Below, in pieces: positions 31,901 through 41,309 of a stretch of DNA of 59,503 nucleotides. Source of the DNA: a virus. Taxonomy: Duplodnaviria > Caudoviricetes. Every line of letters starts with the position of its first letter. Position 1 is the first letter of the stretch. The DNA lies in IMG/VR virus record IMGVR_UViG_3300009184_000049, positions 1-59,503 of that record; one strand, given 5' to 3'. Position numbers and translations under genes: made by a program. The notes under the pieces were generated by a model. The model worked only from the letters and a program-made list of their open reading frames with translations, was not told the origin of the DNA and did no database searches.

Positions 31901-32720
31901 TTCCAACACCAGGAACTATTAATGAGGGATTAGTCCCATTTGAAAAAAGAGTTGTGTGCCCAGCAGTTCCATAAACAAGAGGAATGCCAGAATTTTTTGC
32001 TTTTAACATATTGTCAGATACAAGATAGTAGGCATCCAGTTCTTGAAGTCCATAACACTTAGCAACAACACCTTTTTGTGGTGCTATAGAAATTGTTGAG
32101 GGGATATCTATTACAGTTGTTCCAAGTGAAGTTGATGCAAACTCTTCTGACCACTGTCCTAAAGTTATTCCGTTAACTCTAAATACATGTTTTGCTGCAT
32201 TATCTCCTACAAAATTAATTTTAAAAACAATTCTAATTGCCACATCTTCAGGTGGTGTGTCAAATGTTTCTGATATAAAGATCCACCCGTTATTAATTAC
32301 TGTATCAAAATCTTTAAGATGTCTTATATCACTACCGCTGTTTTCATCTCTATATTCATAACCAATTGAGAATCCTGATATATAAGAACTTTCAGAATAA
32401 AAATACCCACCTACTGAAAAAGTTCTAAGATATGTATTTAAACTGCTCAAGTTAATAATTTCAGGACTAACGGCAGTTATGGACGCTTGCTTATCTGGTA
32501 CAGAACTTGCAAGAATTTTATAAACAGAACTATTTTGAAAAGGCTCTCCAACTGATTTTGGATATGCTGATGGAGTACCGCCACTTACCTTCCAATTTAA
32601 TAAATTTCTTTGTGACTCTGAAATTAAAGAAATATAGTCTGCATTATCATCAAGAGCCCATAGCCCAGTCGGATGCTCAGCAAATACTTTTTCTGCGTAT
32701 AGGTTTGATGAAGTAGACAT
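28971..32720 (-). CDS. large virion protein with LamG/concanavalin-like domains
   Basis: AEHPTGLWALDD start; YTLETWLR...LLING and LYVGG...FTGKI LamG-like patterns. Confidence 0.6.
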   Translation of the reverse strand: MSTSSNLYAEKVFAEHPTGLWALDDNADYISLISESQRNLLNWKVSGGTPSAYPKSVGEPFQNSSVYKILASSVPDKQASITAVSPEIINLSSLNTYLRTFSVGGYFYSESSYISGFSIGYEYRDENSGSDIRHLKDFDTVINNGWIFISETFDTPPEDVAIRIVFKINFVGDNAAKHVFRVNGITLGQWSEEFASTSLGTTVIDIPSTISIAPQKGVVAKCYGLQELDAYYLVSDNMLKAKNSGIPLVYGTAGHTTLFSNGTNPSLIVPGVGMLNKSGQFKQYTLETWLRINSYTTDRKRIIGPIASTDGIYVDGPSIGLKIGNEYKTNYIGEWTRPMLVHLKVGKNIASLLINGTEVVSIQHDQDLAAFPLEFVAGKNQDWIGFYAYDDISPIDIDCVGIYPYLVPSDVAKRRFVFGQGVEIPENINTSYSGTSVTVDYSFANYKANYSYPKTGSWNQGFNDNLSTTNKALSVISHPLPKIVLSSKTESDLFNENKTANLVSNTENFLYDQKDYFTFMPSSSWDSVRGYLFFENFDILNTPISAFYGCFKIKGNATTPQILFKIEKENTLDYFKIEISNKKIVYSIYANGKTEVIYSSQNLNPNEFIEVGVNIPRFIEIFGNPVSSFFGSLSDLRLYVGGDKNNKLINTSTFTGKIYKVGFATKYNFQKIKNLFNELGIPKLNENLFDVYQSDEIVDVDGGIDTVSLSPYGGLTDVSPGALDGGKVVLMEEDYLIEHTASYTLVPDILFEKYTLAVSSNGYWEDNLPLTYFAESVFDKRGDQYFDLDFIQFNFNYPIPSKTLAIETDPVEWTYAELANDYSIPVQRNYDSLDNYLFTGYNDYEDLKNKIAKSYKYDTEGALVKTYVTFQYTKLGANATFEYFDKIEKPERNGVLIPGSDWMTTKYEVVDNMIIYPPSGVDFNDLSIVTHIDINVKNSSVNNVSIKNMSYASQALNEADASPIGTRFGTPIYPYTKSGIYYNFKKNNPFSIYNASSPYLYLTKTSGIQLKGTYDPLVNRGLMIPINTNRADGFKVIAMQLAVRFDGEYFPYAPTEIFEVESKGSYIKFYMVACDPSGRRAKIYSIDTKTGLVQNGIGFYWNGRIVKEPVITLQDWGFLGISFSNSLDFSYFEGAIRLTGPLLFNNISFYQSTNLQEVQNVSERPWFRVKVLNSRELDWKFWNIGSFNWNKVLVLSETSYYGVNPSEVYKSYTGTNKIVVEDSSVLRFGNYKYTAYADVNWNQLVIDPA

Positions 32721-32745
32721 TATAGGTCTATTTTACCACAGAAGA

Positions 32746-34779
32746 CTACTTGTTTATTTTAATTTCACAGTAATCAGTAGTGCAGTACGCTTCACCTTGA
32801 GCCTCAAGATTATCTACACCATCGTAAATTGCAGCAAAATCAATGTGCTTTAATTTACCGATATAAGACTCATATTGCTCTTCAGTAATTTCTGTGTATG
32901 GCTGCTGTGGATAAACTGTATTTCCCATTGGTAGGAATGAAACAGCCTTTAATTGTCCCTCGTACATATTAAGTGCTGGAACAATGTGCTTTGACTCTGT
33001 TTCCTTATCAAATGATAATGTTACAGAAACTCCATTGTCAGACCAATACTTCTGAGCAGTTGCAGCAAGTGCAATCTTTTCAAATAATGTTACATCCTTT
33101 TCAGATCTTGGATGACCTGATTTTATTGGGAAGTAGATTACTGATGTATTTGCTGATACTACGTCGTCTTCAATTGTGTACCCTGCTGCTTTGAACAAAT
33201 GCATCATTGGATCTGTGTTTCCAAATCGAACTGCACGAAGAAAGAACTCTCCTCCAGGACCCCAGTGAACTCCAGGAGTTGCACCAGAAAGAATTGAAAC
33301 AGAACCTGATGGCTTAACAGTTGTTACACGAATTGATTCACGAACACATAGCCATTCTGAATACTGGTGATCGTAATGGCGAATCTTGTTATATCCTTCA
33401 TCCATCCACTCACGAACAATTGGTAAACCCTTTTGATCTGCAAATGATGCAATGCCAGTAAGAGATGTACCGATACGACGATTTCGTTGCATGATACCGT
33501 TTGTTTGTGGCCAGTGTGTTGGAACAAGTGTTACGGTCTTTCCATATAGGTATGCAAACTTCAGGGTACGCAAGAAGTCTTCCTTAGATTCATGACGATT
33601 CAAGTGCACTTCTACAAGTGTACACAATTCGTATGATTCTAATGGCTGCTCCGCACAGGGATTAAAGCCCATCACACGATAGTCTTTTCCGTCTGGCGCA
33701 TCCTTTAGTCTGCCATAATTACGAGCAACATCAAGCCAGATAAAACCTGGTTCTCCGTTTTCCGTAATTAAATCTACATAATCTTCGTATTTTGTTCCTA
33801 CTTCTGCTGAAATAGAATTATTAGACATCCAGGCCCATCCTGGATTTTCTGGATCAAACGAGTTACGCTCTGGGAATAGTTCTGAATTCTTTAGATTCAT
33901 AAATGTTTCATCCCCTGCATTACCCAAAGCAAGGGTTGCTGAGCGACGGACATTACCTGATACCACGCAGGTACCAATAAGGTTTACAAGGTCTACGATA
34001 GCACGAGAGTCTAGTGTTTCACCTGCTCTGGAGCCGATTACACGGTCTATATGGTCATGCAACTTGATAAGAGGTGCAGGGCCTGATGCAACGCCTCCAA
34101 AGCCCTTTATAGGGGCTCCAAGAGGTCTGATTAAATCATAGTTAAACTTCTGAATACTCTGGTTTGCTCTAAGGTAAGAATTGATTAGAAGTCTAACTGA
34201 CTCTACCCATCCTTCACGAGTGTCTGGAATTTCAAAGATCTCTTCTGGCTCTGTTGGGGCATAGATTGAGAAATGCTTATCCTGTCCCACTGTATCAAAC
34301 CCTACACCGATTCCAAGCATAAGAGCATCCATAACCCAAGCAAACAGGGCTCCTGGATCGTTCTTATCAAGGTCTTTTGTAGAAACCATTGCACAATTTT
34401 GTAGTGCTGCTGAGTTCTTCTTCTCCATAGTCATAGGAGTTCCGAATGCCCACATACCTCGTCCTGGGGGTGTCCACTTTAATTCAAACATTCTTTGGAA
34501 TGCTTCTTGTGCAGATTTTTGTGCCTTGTAGTCATTCCAAGGCAAACGGTTTTCTTTAGCATGATTCTTTTGAACTGAATACATACCCTCGATTACACGA
34601 CGACAAACCTCATGCCATCTTTCTTTAGTTCCATCTTCCTTCATTCGAGAATATGTACGAATAAAAGTAATTTCTCCAAGTGAATTTTCTGCTGCATCCT
34701 TAAACCCAAATGGGTTTTCTTGGCTTTTGAACTTTTCTACAAAGTCCTCTGGAAGTTTAAAACTAAAAAAATCTGACAT
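32746..34779 (-). CDS. nrdJ: class II (B12-dependent, monomeric-type) ribonucleotide reductase
   Basis: PPGRG, QNCA, NPCAEQ, ELCTL, TTVKPSGS and C-terminal CTTDYC; no small subunit nearby. Confidence 0.93.
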   Translation of the reverse strand: MSDFFSFKLPEDFVEKFKSQENPFGFKDAAENSLGEITFIRTYSRMKEDGTKERWHEVCRRVIEGMYSVQKNHAKENRLPWNDYKAQKSAQEAFQRMFELKWTPPGRGMWAFGTPMTMEKKNSAALQNCAMVSTKDLDKNDPGALFAWVMDALMLGIGVGFDTVGQDKHFSIYAPTEPEEIFEIPDTREGWVESVRLLINSYLRANQSIQKFNYDLIRPLGAPIKGFGGVASGPAPLIKLHDHIDRVIGSRAGETLDSRAIVDLVNLIGTCVVSGNVRRSATLALGNAGDETFMNLKNSELFPERNSFDPENPGWAWMSNNSISAEVGTKYEDYVDLITENGEPGFIWLDVARNYGRLKDAPDGKDYRVMGFNPCAEQPLESYELCTLVEVHLNRHESKEDFLRTLKFAYLYGKTVTLVPTHWPQTNGIMQRNRRIGTSLTGIASFADQKGLPIVREWMDEGYNKIRHYDHQYSEWLCVRESIRVTTVKPSGSVSILSGATPGVHWGPGGEFFLRAVRFGNTDPMMHLFKAAGYTIEDDVVSANTSVIYFPIKSGHPRSEKDVTLFEKIALAATAQKYWSDNGVSVTLSFDKETESKHIVPALNMYEGQLKAVSFLPMGNTVYPQQPYTEITEEQYESYIGKLKHIDFAAIYDGVDNLEAQGEAYCTTDYCEIKINK

Positions 34780-34869
34780 GTGTATCGTCCTTTCAAAAAC
34801 GGATTAAGTCCTAAGTATAGCAGAGTTTTATGAAAAGCAAAACTCTACCTAAATCTATTGTTGAGAGTT

Positions 34870-35583
34870 TTACTTAAAGTTTTTCTTTTGCCAAAACTTT
34901 AATCTATAACCATTTTGGAAAGTAGATCTAGTTTTACTTCTTTGCTCTTCTACTTTTTTTGCTGAAAAGTTTTTGTCTAATTCCATTGTCCAATCTTCTC
35001 TCTTAAAAGGAAAAACCTGAAACATTGGAGTTCCTTGTTTAATAGTTCCTTTAAAATTCTTTTTTACTAAAAATGATAAATGACCATCAGTAAAATAGTT
35101 ATCAGTATCAACTACAGCATCGATAGCCTTTAGGGGTGATGAAGGTTGATGGATTGGGTTTGTAAAAAATGTACTATATCCTTTATCAGTTTGAACCATC
35201 CAAGTAGGATGAATTCTTAAAATTTGACTACAATAAATATCTTTATCAATAGGTAGATGAGATACTTGTTCTGGAAGATGTTCGGCTATCAGTGCTGAAT
35301 AATGCTTACTCATTCCAGCAGGTAATTGAAGATTAATTTTTCCATCAGTTGTATCTATATATATATCGCATGGAACTTTTAAAAGGTATCCCATAGACAT
35401 TGCATCAAAAAAAGGTTGACATTTTTTTACAGTTAAATGAAGTATACCTCTATCAGGTATATCAGTTCCAGAAATGGCTGGTTGTTCTTTGTACCAGGAG
35501 GGAATATTTTTTGTTGCTAATTCTGGTTCTGGAACAATATTTAATAGTTGCGGATACATCTGTAAAAATCTAATAGTATTCAT
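34870..35583 (-). CDS. hypothetical protein, possibly dUTPase-like/DUF6065-type fold
   Basis: TVKKC.PFFDAM..GY, VVDTD, IKQGTPMFQVFPFKR. Confidence 0.5.
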   Translation of the reverse strand: MNTIRFLQMYPQLLNIVPEPELATKNIPSWYKEQPAISGTDIPDRGILHLTVKKCQPFFDAMSMGYLLKVPCDIYIDTTDGKINLQLPAGMSKHYSALIAEHLPEQVSHLPIDKDIYCSQILRIHPTWMVQTDKGYSTFFTNPIHQPSSPLKAIDAVVDTDNYFTDGHLSFLVKKNFKGTIKQGTPMFQVFPFKREDWTMELDKNFSAKKVEEQRSKTRSTFQNGYRLKFWQKKNFK

Positions 35584-35614
35584 ATAGCCCTTTCGATATT
35601 TTAATTATATCATA

Positions 35615-36031
35615 TTAAAGTGTTTGCCATGTTTTTGGATCTTGCATTTCAAGCAAAGAACTTGGTGCAACATAAAAATGTAACAATTCTTCATCACATT
35701 CTAGGACTGTTGAATTATCTGTTCCTCCAGATATAATTAAAATATTGTTAATTTCTGGTTCAATTTTAATTAAATCATTATCTAAATAAATTGTTTCAAT
35801 AATTTTATTTTTTTTATTTAAATATATTTTTCCATAAAAACATAAATATTTTTTTGAACCTGAAGTAAATTTAACATCATTATTTTTAAAATATATTTTT
35901 TCATTAGAAAACAAAATTTTATATTTTTGCTTGTTATAATTTATGTTATTTATTTTGCAAATGTCTTGTATTAAAATATTGATTGATTTATGAGCATCAT
36001 CTTTTACTGTTGATAAAGTATAATATGTCAT
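35615..36031 (-). CDS. hypothetical protein (very AT-rich; possible degenerate cupin/2OG fold)
   Basis: Overlaps the GNAT gene stop. Confidence 0.5.
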   Translation of the reverse strand: MTYYTLSTVKDDAHKSINILIQDICKINNINYNKQKYKILFSNEKIYFKNNDVKFTSGSKKYLCFYGKIYLNKKNKIIETIYLDNDLIKIEPEINNILIISGGTDNSTVLECDEELLHFYVAPSSLLEMQDPKTWQTL

Positions 36032-36525
36032 GAAGAAACTCTTTTTCCAAAAAAAACATAAGGGTATATTGGTTGATCAAAAAAATGTTCTCTAAGATCA
36101 ATTGCTTCTTCTAATTTAGTATCCTCAATTGGTTCAACATTAAATGCAGAAGAATATAATTTATTTCCAATTTCAGAACCATAGTTATGATGAATTTTTT
36201 TATTTAAATAGTGTTCTACTACCTTTGTTCCATAAATTGTTGATGCTTTTCCAATGCCCCTATTTCTAAGATTAGGAGATACAAATGCTCTGTCAACAAT
36301 AAAATTTTTAGAATCATTATCTATTTTCCATGTTCCATAACTATCTGGATAGTCATTAAATATTTGATCTGAAATATAAATATTACCGCTAGGATATTTA
36401 TCATTAAAATAAAAACATCCTATTCCATTTAAACTTGGATGATTTTTAAATAATGTAAAGCAGGCCCAAGATCCAAATAATTCTTTGGGATATGAAAGTT
36501 CTGAAGTGTCTAAAAGTTTAAACAC
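36028..36525 (-). CDS. GNAT-family acetyltransferase-like protein
   Basis: FVSPNLRNRGIGK fits acetyl-CoA-binding motif A. Confidence 0.7.
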   Translation of the reverse strand: MFKLLDTSELSYPKELFGSWACFTLFKNHPSLNGIGCFYFNDKYPSGNIYISDQIFNDYPDSYGTWKIDNDSKNFIVDRAFVSPNLRNRGIGKASTIYGTKVVEHYLNKKIHHNYGSEIGNKLYSSAFNVEPIEDTKLEEAIDLREHFFDQPIYPYVFFGKRVSS

Positions 36526-36531
36526 TAAAAA

Positions 36532-37860
36532 TTATTCTTCTGTTTGGTAACCGTCAAAGACTAAGAAATGCTCTGTATAGAACATATCATAAGGTTCACA
36601 GTTAATAGAAACAACTTGATGAGGGATATATGAAACTATTAATTCAGTTATAGGTATCCAAGTGTTTGTATCTGTAGACCATAATTCGTCTGTATCTAAA
36701 AGATTAATAGATGCAATCATTTTAGCAACATTGTCTCTTTTTACAAGCAAGAAGTGAGATCCTGAATAAAATTCACCATTTATTGATACAGATTCTTCTG
36801 CTTCTGTAGTTCCTATATTCATAATTGTTGTTTCTTTATTAGGCAAAAGATTTAATGTTTCTGGATTACCTGTCCAGTTTTCCATTTGTTCTTTTGTAAA
36901 GTTTGCTCCTAGTTCAGGAATTTCTGTAGATACAAGAATATCTCCTGCTTTAAGATTTTGTGCTTGTGTATATCCATCTGTTGTTAATACTAATGTTTCT
37001 ACACTTACAGATTTTCCACGATAACCACCAAAACCAAAGTCATATGCTCCGAATGCACCGAATGCTCCGAAGGCACCAAAAGCACCGAAGGCACCGAATG
37101 CACCAAAAGCACCAAAAGCACCAAAAGCACCAAAAGCACCGAAGGCACCGAATGCGCCAAAAGCACCGAATGCACCGAATGCACCGAAGGCACCGAAGGC
37201 ACCGAAGGCACCGAAGGCACCAAAGGCACCAAATGCTCCGAAGGGTGCAAATGAGAATGTTGTGGTGACAGATCCTGATTGAGAAGATGTTCCTGAGTTA
37301 CCATTTGCATTTGTAGCATAAACATTATATGTCTGAGCAGTTCCTTGTTCTTGTCCAACGCTTACAGATGTTCCTGATGTATCTCCAGATTTTCCATCAT
37401 CAGATGTCCAATGATAATTAGTAATTGCTGAGCCACCATTTGCTGGTGCTGTCCATGAAACCGAATCTGTTCCTGCTGATGGAGAAGATGCAGATGGGGC
37501 ACTAGGTGTTGCTGGAACAGTGGTTACTGTTACTGAGTTAGATGCAGCAGATGCTTCACCTGTTCCTTCTGCGTTAGTTCCTACTACTGTAATAGTTGTA
37601 ACAGCACCTGATCCAAATCCAGTAATCGTTATTGGAGAAGATGAACCTGTTGCTGAGTGTGTTGCATTATGTACGTTGCAATATCCTGATGCTGTATAAG
37701 ATGTAGCAGCATTTGGACCTGTGGGAGTAAATGTTACAGTAACTGCACCATTGTTATATGGCCGTCCTGTTCCAACATCTGTTGCTGTTCCAATAGTTGG
37801 TGCATATGGTTTCAAGAAGTCATTTGCTCCTTGACTCATTCTACCTGCTTGCTTTGACAT
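36532..37860 (-). CDS. two FN3 domains, (GAF)21 repeat and C-terminal Hint (intein-like) domain
   Basis: VSWTAPANGGSAITNY FN3; KSVSVETLVLTTDG...LKAGD Hint block A; SGSH block B; VVSINCEPYDMFYTEHFLVFD blocks F/G. Confidence 0.85.
   Translation of the reverse strand: MSKQAGRMSQGANDFLKPYAPTIGTATDVGTGRPYNNGAVTVTFTPTGPNAATSYTASGYCNVHNATHSATGSSSPITITGFGSGAVTTITVVGTNAEGTGEASAASNSVTVTTVPATPSAPSASSPSAGTDSVSWTAPANGGSAITNYHWTSDDGKSGDTSGTSVSVGQEQGTAQTYNVYATNANGNSGTSSQSGSVTTTFSFAPFGAFGAFGAFGAFGAFGAFGAFGAFGAFGAFGAFGAFGAFGAFGAFGAFGAFGAFGAFGAFGAFGAYDFGFGGYRGKSVSVETLVLTTDGYTQAQNLKAGDILVSTEIPELGANFTKEQMENWTGNPETLNLLPNKETTIMNIGTTEAEESVSINGEFYSGSHFLLVKRDNVAKMIASINLLDTDELWSTDTNTWIPITELIVSYIPHQVVSINCEPYDMFYTEHFLVFDGYQTEE
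37042..37242 (-). repeat. 9-bp tandem repeat encoding (Gly-Ala-Phe)x21 plus GAY
   Basis: Units counted by hand; third codon positions vary. Confidence 0.95.
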
Positions 37861-37891
37861 ATTTAATCTCCCTTATTCTTTTAATTTTTTG

Positions 37892-39445
37892 TTATGCTGA
37901 CAAGTCGCCGAAGACTAGCCATCCGCTTGCTGTTTTCATTGCTGTTGCAACTGAGTATGTTGTTCTGAACTTAAGTCCTGGGGTTCCAACGACTGAGTTA
38001 GTACTAGCAAAGTATGCTCCAGTTCCTGATTCCTGGAAGAAATCAATTGACTGACCAGTTGAGTATCCTGTTGCTGGAAGAGTAATTACTACTGCTCCAG
38101 TTAGCGGAATAAACTGATCTGCCCGTGATGCTGCGATTGTCTGTGCTCCTGCTGCAAGTGCAGTTGGGATATTAGTAATCGAAGGAACGCCAGCCTTTGT
38201 CTGTGTACCGTCTGTAAATGCTACACCTGAAGCAGAGGCTGTAATTAATCCTGTTGCTGTAATTGCTGGTGCTGTTACTGTTCCAGTAAATGTTGGATCT
38301 GCCTTTGGTGCTTTTAGACCAAGGTTAGTTGTAAGTGTTGTAGAGAAGTTAGCATCATTTCCAAGAGCAGTTGCTAATTCATTAAGTGTATCAAGTGCTG
38401 CTGGTGCTGAGGCTACAAGGTTTGAAACTGCTGTTCCTACGAATGCTGTAGTTGCAACTTGTGTAGTTGACGTTCCTGCTGCTGCTGTTGGAGCAGTTGG
38501 TGTACCAGTAAGTGCTGGTGAAGCAAGTGGTGCCTTTAGATCAAGTGCTGTCTGTGTAGCAGTTGAGATTGGCTTTGCTGAGTCTGCTGTATTGTCAACA
38601 GATCCTAAACCAACCATTGACTTTGTGATACCTGATACTGTTCCAGTAAATGTAGGTCCTGCAAGGTTAGCCTTAAGTGCCAATCCTGAGTTAACAGTTG
38701 CAGTTAATGCAAGTGCTGATGTATCTGCAATACCATGAACATTTGTAGTATCAACATCATGTGCTGAAATCTTTGTGTCTGCTGCAGATGCTGCTGCTGC
38801 AATTGCTTCAGATTTTGCTGTTGCAATTGCTGCTGCTTGAGCAGTAGAAACTGGTTTATTTGCATCTTCTACATTGTCTACTACCCCAAGACCAATTGAA
38901 GCCTTTGTGACGGATGCAACCTTTGTAGTTGCATCTGCTGCTGCTGTTGAAATTGCAGCATTTGCCTTTGTAGTTGCATCTGTTGCTGCTGTTGAAATTG
39001 CAGCATTTGCCTTTGTAGTTGCATCTGTTGCTGCTGCTGCGATTGCGGCTGCTTGTGCAGCATTTGCCTTTGTAGTTGCATCTGTTGCTGCTGTTGAAAT
39101 TGCAGCATTTGCCTTTGTAGTTGCATCTGTTGCTGCTGTTGAAATTGCAGCATTTACGTGTGAAAGGTATGCAAGAGATGAAGTATCTGAAATTCCATGA
39201 ACACCTGTTGTTGCTGAATTATGTGTAGAAAGTATTGATGCTGCACCTAAAGTTAAAGTGTTTGTGGTTGATGTTAAATCTGCTGAAGTAGTATAGTAAA
39301 CTAATGAGTTCCAAGCAGTTTGGCCATCACCAATTTTAGACTTGCCAGTGTTTGTTTCGAGGCCAATCTCTCCTGCTGCTAAAGTAGGATTTGCTGCAGT
39401 CCATTGTGTAGAAGTTCCTCTACGCTGTTGCATTCTTGTTGTCAT
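37892..39445 (-). CDS. tail fibre-like protein with Mtd-type N-terminus
   Basis: RMQQRRGT..QW..ANP.LA.GEIG.E...KIGDG; Ala-rich repeats; APAALDTLNELA motif. Confidence 0.75.
   Translation of the reverse strand: MTTRMQQRRGTSTQWTAANPTLAAGEIGLETNTGKSKIGDGQTAWNSLVYYTTSADLTSTTNTLTLGAASILSTHNSATTGVHGISDTSSLAYLSHVNAAISTAATDATTKANAAISTAATDATTKANAAQAAAIAAAATDATTKANAAISTAATDATTKANAAISTAAADATTKVASVTKASIGLGVVDNVEDANKPVSTAQAAAIATAKSEAIAAAASAADTKISAHDVDTTNVHGIADTSALALTATVNSGLALKANLAGPTFTGTVSGITKSMVGLGSVDNTADSAKPISTATQTALDLKAPLASPALTGTPTAPTAAAGTSTTQVATTAFVGTAVSNLVASAPAALDTLNELATALGNDANFSTTLTTNLGLKAPKADPTFTGTVTAPAITATGLITASASGVAFTDGTQTKAGVPSITNIPTALAAGAQTIAASRADQFIPLTGAVVITLPATGYSTGQSIDFFQESGTGAYFASTNSVVGTPGLKFRTTYSVATAMKTASGWLVFGDLSA
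38920..39155 (-). repeat. near-perfect ~42-bp repeats encoding AAISTAATDATTKAN-type units
   Basis: Direct repeats of gcagcatttgcctttgtagttgcatctgttgctgct. Confidence 0.85.
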
Positions 39446-39503
39446 TTAGTTTCTCCTTCTGTACGGTTTGCGTACACTTTCTTATTTTTTTTAATAGTCA
39501 TTT

Positions 39504-40805
39504 TTATTCTACTCCCCCACCATCAAGCACAAGGTTTAGAGATGAAATATCTTGTATTGCTGCTTTAACAAACGCTGTTGTAGCAACTCTTGTTGAGTCG
39601 TTACCAAGTGTTTGTGTTGGTGCCGTTGGATTTCCAGTAAGTGCTGGAGATGATAGAGGTGCTTTTGCTGATAAAGCAGTTGTAATTGTTGATGCGTAGT
39701 TAGCATCATCTCCAAGTGCTGCAGCAAGTTCATCCAAAGTATCTAGTGCTGCTGGGGCTGATGCAATTACTGCATTTACAGCATTTGTTGCTGCAGTGAT
39801 TGCTTCTGACTTAGCAGTTGCAATATCAGTTGTAATTGCTGTTCGCAATGTTGTATCTGCTGCTGTAGCAAAGGCTTTTGCTGCGTCAGCCTTTGTAGTA
39901 GCATCTGTTGCTGCTGCTGAGATAGCCTCTGACTTGGCAGTTGCTGCCTTTGTAGTAGCATCAGTTGCTGCTGCTGAAGTTGCTGCAGATTGTGCTGCGT
40001 TGGCTTTGCTTGTTGCATCAGTTGCTGCTGCAGACTGTGCAGCATTAGCCTTTGAACTAGCGTCTGCTGAAGCAGTTGCTTCTGCTGCAGCCTGTGCTGC
40101 GTCTACATAAGTCTCTGTTGCCACTGTTGAATCAATGTCAAATGCTTCTGTTGTAGGGTTCCAATCAATTCCAACACCAGCAAGTGCTGACTGATCTACT
40201 GTCGCACCAGCAAGAGCGCTTGAGAGGTCTGATTGAGTGACTAGAAGTGCAGTATTTGCAATTCCGTGAATATTTGTTGTATCTGATTCATGTGAAGCAA
40301 GGGCAGTTGCTGCTGTTGTTTCTGCACCTGACTTGGCATTATTAGCCTTAGTAGTTGCATCAGATGAAGCAGTTGAAATTGCTTCAGACTTAGCAGTTGC
40401 AATTGCTGTAGCCTGTGCTGTAGATACTGGCTTGGCTGTATCTGCTGTATTATCTACTGACCCTAAGCCAACCATTGACTTTGTTACGCCAGAGACTGTT
40501 CCTGTAAATGTTGGGGAAGCAATTGGGGCTTTTGAAGACATAGATGAAGCAATTGTTGTAAAGAATGCTGGATCATCGTTAATTGCTGCTGCAATCTCGT
40601 CAAGAGAATTTAGGAGTCCTGGGGCGCCAGCAATCATTGTATCAAGATCAACAAAATAACTTAGAGTTGACCAGCGATTGGTTCCATCACCAATCTTAAA
40701 TTTATTTGTATCTGTTTCATAGCCAATCTCGGCTGCTGAAAGAATTGGGTTTGCTGATGTCCACTGTGCTGCGGTACCTCTGCGTTGCTGTTGTCTAACT
40801 GCCAT
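39504..40805 (-). CDS. tail fibre-like protein with Mtd-type N-terminus (paralogue of 37892-39445)
   Basis: RQQQRRGT..QW.SANP; shared modules. Confidence 0.75.
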   Translation of the reverse strand: MAVRQQQRRGTAAQWTSANPILSAAEIGYETDTNKFKIGDGTNRWSTLSYFVDLDTMIAGAPGLLNSLDEIAAAINDDPAFFTTIASSMSSKAPIASPTFTGTVSGVTKSMVGLGSVDNTADTAKPVSTAQATAIATAKSEAISTASSDATTKANNAKSGAETTAATALASHESDTTNIHGIANTALLVTQSDLSSALAGATVDQSALAGVGIDWNPTTEAFDIDSTVATETYVDAAQAAAEATASADASSKANAAQSAAATDATSKANAAQSAATSAAATDATTKAATAKSEAISAAATDATTKADAAKAFATAADTTLRTAITTDIATAKSEAITAATNAVNAVIASAPAALDTLDELAAALGDDANYASTITTALSAKAPLSSPALTGNPTAPTQTLGNDSTRVATTAFVKAAIQDISSLNLVLDGGGVE

Positions 40806-40859
40806 TTACTTCCTCCTAATGGGGGCTGCCCATATCTATCTTATTATAACATCAATTTT

Positions 40860-41309
40860 TTAATTGAAGTTATCTATTGCTACTCCACCATCGTTGGTAG
40901 AGGTAAAGTCTGTGTCCAATGCATTACCAGAGTCTGTGCTGGCTGTCATTGGACTATCAAAAAACCCAGAATCAACAAACTGACTTACAATAAGGCCTGT
41001 GCCATCAATTGCTGTATCGTGAATGTGATCTGGAATATTAATTGTATCTTCTATTGTTGCCTGTGTATACCAAGAACCATTGTAGTGAAAATTAATTCTA
41101 TTTGTTGATGTATCTAACCATTGTGTTCCATTAATTGGTGAAGAGGGAGCAGTATTGCCAACAGCCATTGATCGATTATCAACATACTCCTTAGTTGCTG
41201 CATGGGCATTAAGAGTTGGGGCTCCTACTGTTACTGCACCTCCAAATGTACCGCCGTTTGCTACGGACAGACCATTCTTTACTTTGAAGTCTTTATCGAC
41301 TGTTGTCAT
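40860..41309 (-). CDS. short fibre-associated protein
   Basis: KDFKVKNGL N-terminus shared with the next ORF; HAATKEYVD motif. Confidence 0.6.
   Translation of the reverse strand: MTTVDKDFKVKNGLSVANGGTFGGAVTVGAPTLNAHAATKEYVDNRSMAVGNTAPSSPINGTQWLDTSTNRINFHYNGSWYTQATIEDTINIPDHIHDTAIDGTGLIVSQFVDSGFFDSPMTASTDSGNALDTDFTSTNDGGVAIDNFN

Noticed and set aside
34847-34861. NrdR box upstream of nrdJ (ACAATAGATTTAGGT on the minus strand)
   Set aside because: Only a partial match in AT-rich sequence, single copy, overlapping hairpin-forming sequence
36532-37012. Canonical splicing intein or homing endonuclease
   Set aside because: No terminal His-Asn, no real C-extein and no endonuclease insert
37042-37242. 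Tandem repeats as a CRISPR array
   Set aside because: In-frame 9-bp coding repeats with no spacers; the 15-bp repeats at 50435-50620 are the same kind
38874-40110. Gln-rich alternative-frame and antisense ORFs in the ORF track
   Set aside because: Shadow frames of Ala/Thr-rich repeat coding; the same holds for most plus-strand ORFs below 54 kb
37892-40805. Mtd-type N-termini suggesting a diversity-generating retroelement
   Set aside because: No reverse transcriptase, C-type lectin variable region or adenine-mismatched TR/VR pair was seen in the window
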